Positions 61,812-64,000 of a DNA stretch of 64,000 nt are shown one piece after another; position 1 is the first letter of the stretch; every line of letters begins with the position of its first letter. Origin of the DNA: Heteronotia binoei (Eukaryota); contig NC_083223.1 of NCBI RefSeq assembly GCF_032191835.1, positions 83,948,001 through 84,012,000 on the forward strand. Reading direction: 5' to 3'. Under the pieces are notes generated by a model. The model had not been told where the DNA came from and searched no databases. It saw only the letters and a program-made list of their open reading frames with translations. Both the position numbers and the translations under genes were made by a program.

Positions 61812-62969
61812 CTGCAAAACAAACAACAAACAAATAAAAAGAAACAAAAACAGCATCAACAGTGTCATCATAAGAAAAGTTAGACCATTCAGATCCAGTG
61901 GACTTTGAAAAGTAAAGCTCTGCATAAAATTGAACTGTAAAGCAGTTTAAATGATGAGCATGAAAATGCAAATAACTAGCAACAGCAGTATGGATACAGG
62001 GACTTAACATCCATAGCAGCAAATAGTCATTTTTAAAGAACAAGTAATGGGCAATAAACAGAGAGTAACACATTAAAACCCTATAATTTCCTATAAAATA
62101 CAGGCCACAGCAACATATAAAGGTTTTTAAAAAGCAATTCAAATAATTTTGAAACGCTGGACAGACAAAGCCTGAGATTTCTGAAAGGTGTCCACCGCTT
62201 TACATTATTTTAGTTTATTGGAAGCCATGAGGAGGATCTTGTACAGCATGCAAGCGCTTGTAAATGTTTAGGTTCTAGGGTACTCTGTAGCAAACCTCAA
62301 GCTTTCCCTAAAGTGCACAAAGCGTGCCCTTCTCATACTGTCTTGTGGGTGTGTTTCCTGTCACACCTTTTTTGCTTGAAATGCCTTTGTTGACCACATT
62401 CCAAGAGCCGAGCACTCTCAGGCTTTTGATTTCAGTGGGAGTTAGGTTTGCACAAGTGCTCTCTGGATTGTAGCCCATAAAATTGCTTTGGATTAGAGCT
62501 TGTTGAGATTGCAATGATATGATTGAGGCTCAGTCTTATGCACTTTTTCATGAGAGCACCCCATTGAACTTAATGGGATTTGCTTCTGAATAAATATTAT
62601 CAAATTGGTCTACATATAACATTATGCTGGCATTAAAGATTAGCTATAAACACAGTTTGCCAAATTGTAAAGAGAAATAGACATCATAAAGAAAAACAGG
62701 CATATCTGAGAACATATCGTAAAGATTATTTATACATCCATTATACATAGTTATCCCACTGCAGCTTGTAAGTGTACACTGCAGTCCAATATTATATATT
62801 CATTCCAGCTTTTATTAGCTTGAAGAATCAAAGTGTGCTCAATCCTCCTTACTCTCAATGCCTTGTTCCCATGCCTCCTTTCAGAGGGGAAGTGCTGCGT
62901 TCTCTAGCCTGGAGAGAAGTAGAGGAAGTAAAGAAAAATGAAGACAGGAAAGGTTGGAGGTATAAAGGG

Positions 62970-63430
62970 ACATTCATTTATTTTATTTGCGTCCTACCTT
63001 TCTATATTATTTCTTTATTGAGAAGATTTATATCCCATTGTTCAGCCCAATCAGCACTGCCAAGGCAGCTAATGGCTAAAAACACAGCTGTATAAAAACA
63101 CATCCTCATAAAACAAGTTAATAACTAGAATACACACATACACAAAGAGATTTAAATTAAAAACATAGAGCAGAGATGAGAGATTACTGAGAGAAAACCA
63201 AGACAAAACAAAGAGGTCTTCATCTACTGATGATGACAGTTATAGAACAAGACAGACAAATATGCCTGCGGAGGGACTGCTACAGCATTGCTGCCATGGA
63301 TGAATGGGACCTCACCTGCTACCCAGCAGGGGCACCTGAAGCAAGACCTCAGGAGATGACTATAGTGGTCAGGTAGGTTGATATGGGAGCAAGTGGTCCT
63401 TTAGCTATGCTGGCCCAAGACTGTATAGAG
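62970..63430 (-). mobile_element. L2 LINE 3' remnant
   Basis: (ttta)n tail, gatttatatccca...ctgccaaggcagct, and an L2-like body. Confidence 0.6.
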
Positions 63431-64000
63431 TTAATTTGGAAACGCAGAGCACATGTGAGGCTGCCAGCATATTCTGGGAACTGACAGAATATAAGAGAGG
63501 TGGGGACTACTGGGTTGGTGTTGCTGATGCAATTAGGTCACTTCTAACAGGACCAAGCGATGTCAGCTTGTCTGGGGTGATGCTCTAGAATTCACCTAAA
63601 ACTCTATGGTTTAACAATTGCCTTCCTCCCCATTTTGCTGGGCGTTTTCTCCCACCACTCATTTGAGTGGCAGCAGGCAATGGGGACTGGGATGTGTGGA
63701 AAGAAAACAATACTAACATAGGGCATGTATGCTATCCCATTATATACTAAAAAAAACCTTCTATGATAGGTTGGGCTGAGCAACAGCAACTTTTTTCATA
63801 TAACCAAATAGGGGATACTAAAAATACAGAACAGGTGGAATGGCATGGTTCATGATCAGCTCTTGGCATCCAATGGGGACCCAGAGTAGCTTACACCATT
63901 CTCCTCTTTTCCATGTTATCCTCATAACAACCACCTGTCAGGTAGGTTAGGCTGAGAGTATGACTGGCAGAGTGGGGATTCCAACCTGGATCTTCCAGAT

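Larger units (their letters stand above)
49704..62259 (+). ncRNA. Candidate exons of a plus-strand spliced transcript (lncRNA or small ORF)
   Basis: Segments 49704-49761, 50320-50381, 55163-55367, 57071-57143, 58561-58638 and 62214-62259 have AG/GT boundaries. Pyrimidine tracts are strong at 49704, 50320 and 55163. Confidence 0.4.

Noticed and set aside
332-63789. Most ORFs in the supplied six-frame track (e.g. 33721-34203, 43548-43988, 37872-38255, 25754-26098, 49652-50062, 56305-56688)
   Set aside because: They lie in MITEs, SINEs or the GC-rich island, or run through splice sites. They often start at non-ATG codons and resemble no known protein.
27000-64000. THUMPD3 exons (expected if the left gene were SETD5)
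   Set aside because: No DPMCGTG- or WVNVGGL-type coding sequence found by eye on the minus strand.

Overview
AT-rich vertebrate genomic DNA from a squamate reptile, most likely a gecko. This is inferred from Sauria-type and Squam-type SINEs, Bov-B, CR1 and L2 LINEs and many hAT MITEs. There are no prokaryotic features, CRISPR arrays, tRNA or true rRNA genes. Almost all ORFs in the supplied track are spurious or fall in repeats. The window centres on a CpG-island promoter at about 24.9-26.7 kb that looks bidirectional. To the left, a minus-strand gene runs off the left edge. Only its apparently non-coding leader is visible: about 23 kb carrying many small cassette-like exons, one with a hairpin-masked splice donor. 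The architecture resembles KMT2E/SETD5-type chromatin genes, but no coding exon is in view, so I give no symbol. To the right, in repeat-dense DNA, nine small minus-strand exons (52166 to 40902) splice into a phase-consistent 154-aa C-terminus that I cannot assign to a known protein. They overlap a chain of plus-strand exon candidates that may belong to a divergent transcript from the island. All exon calls were made by eye from splice signals and need RNA evidence.
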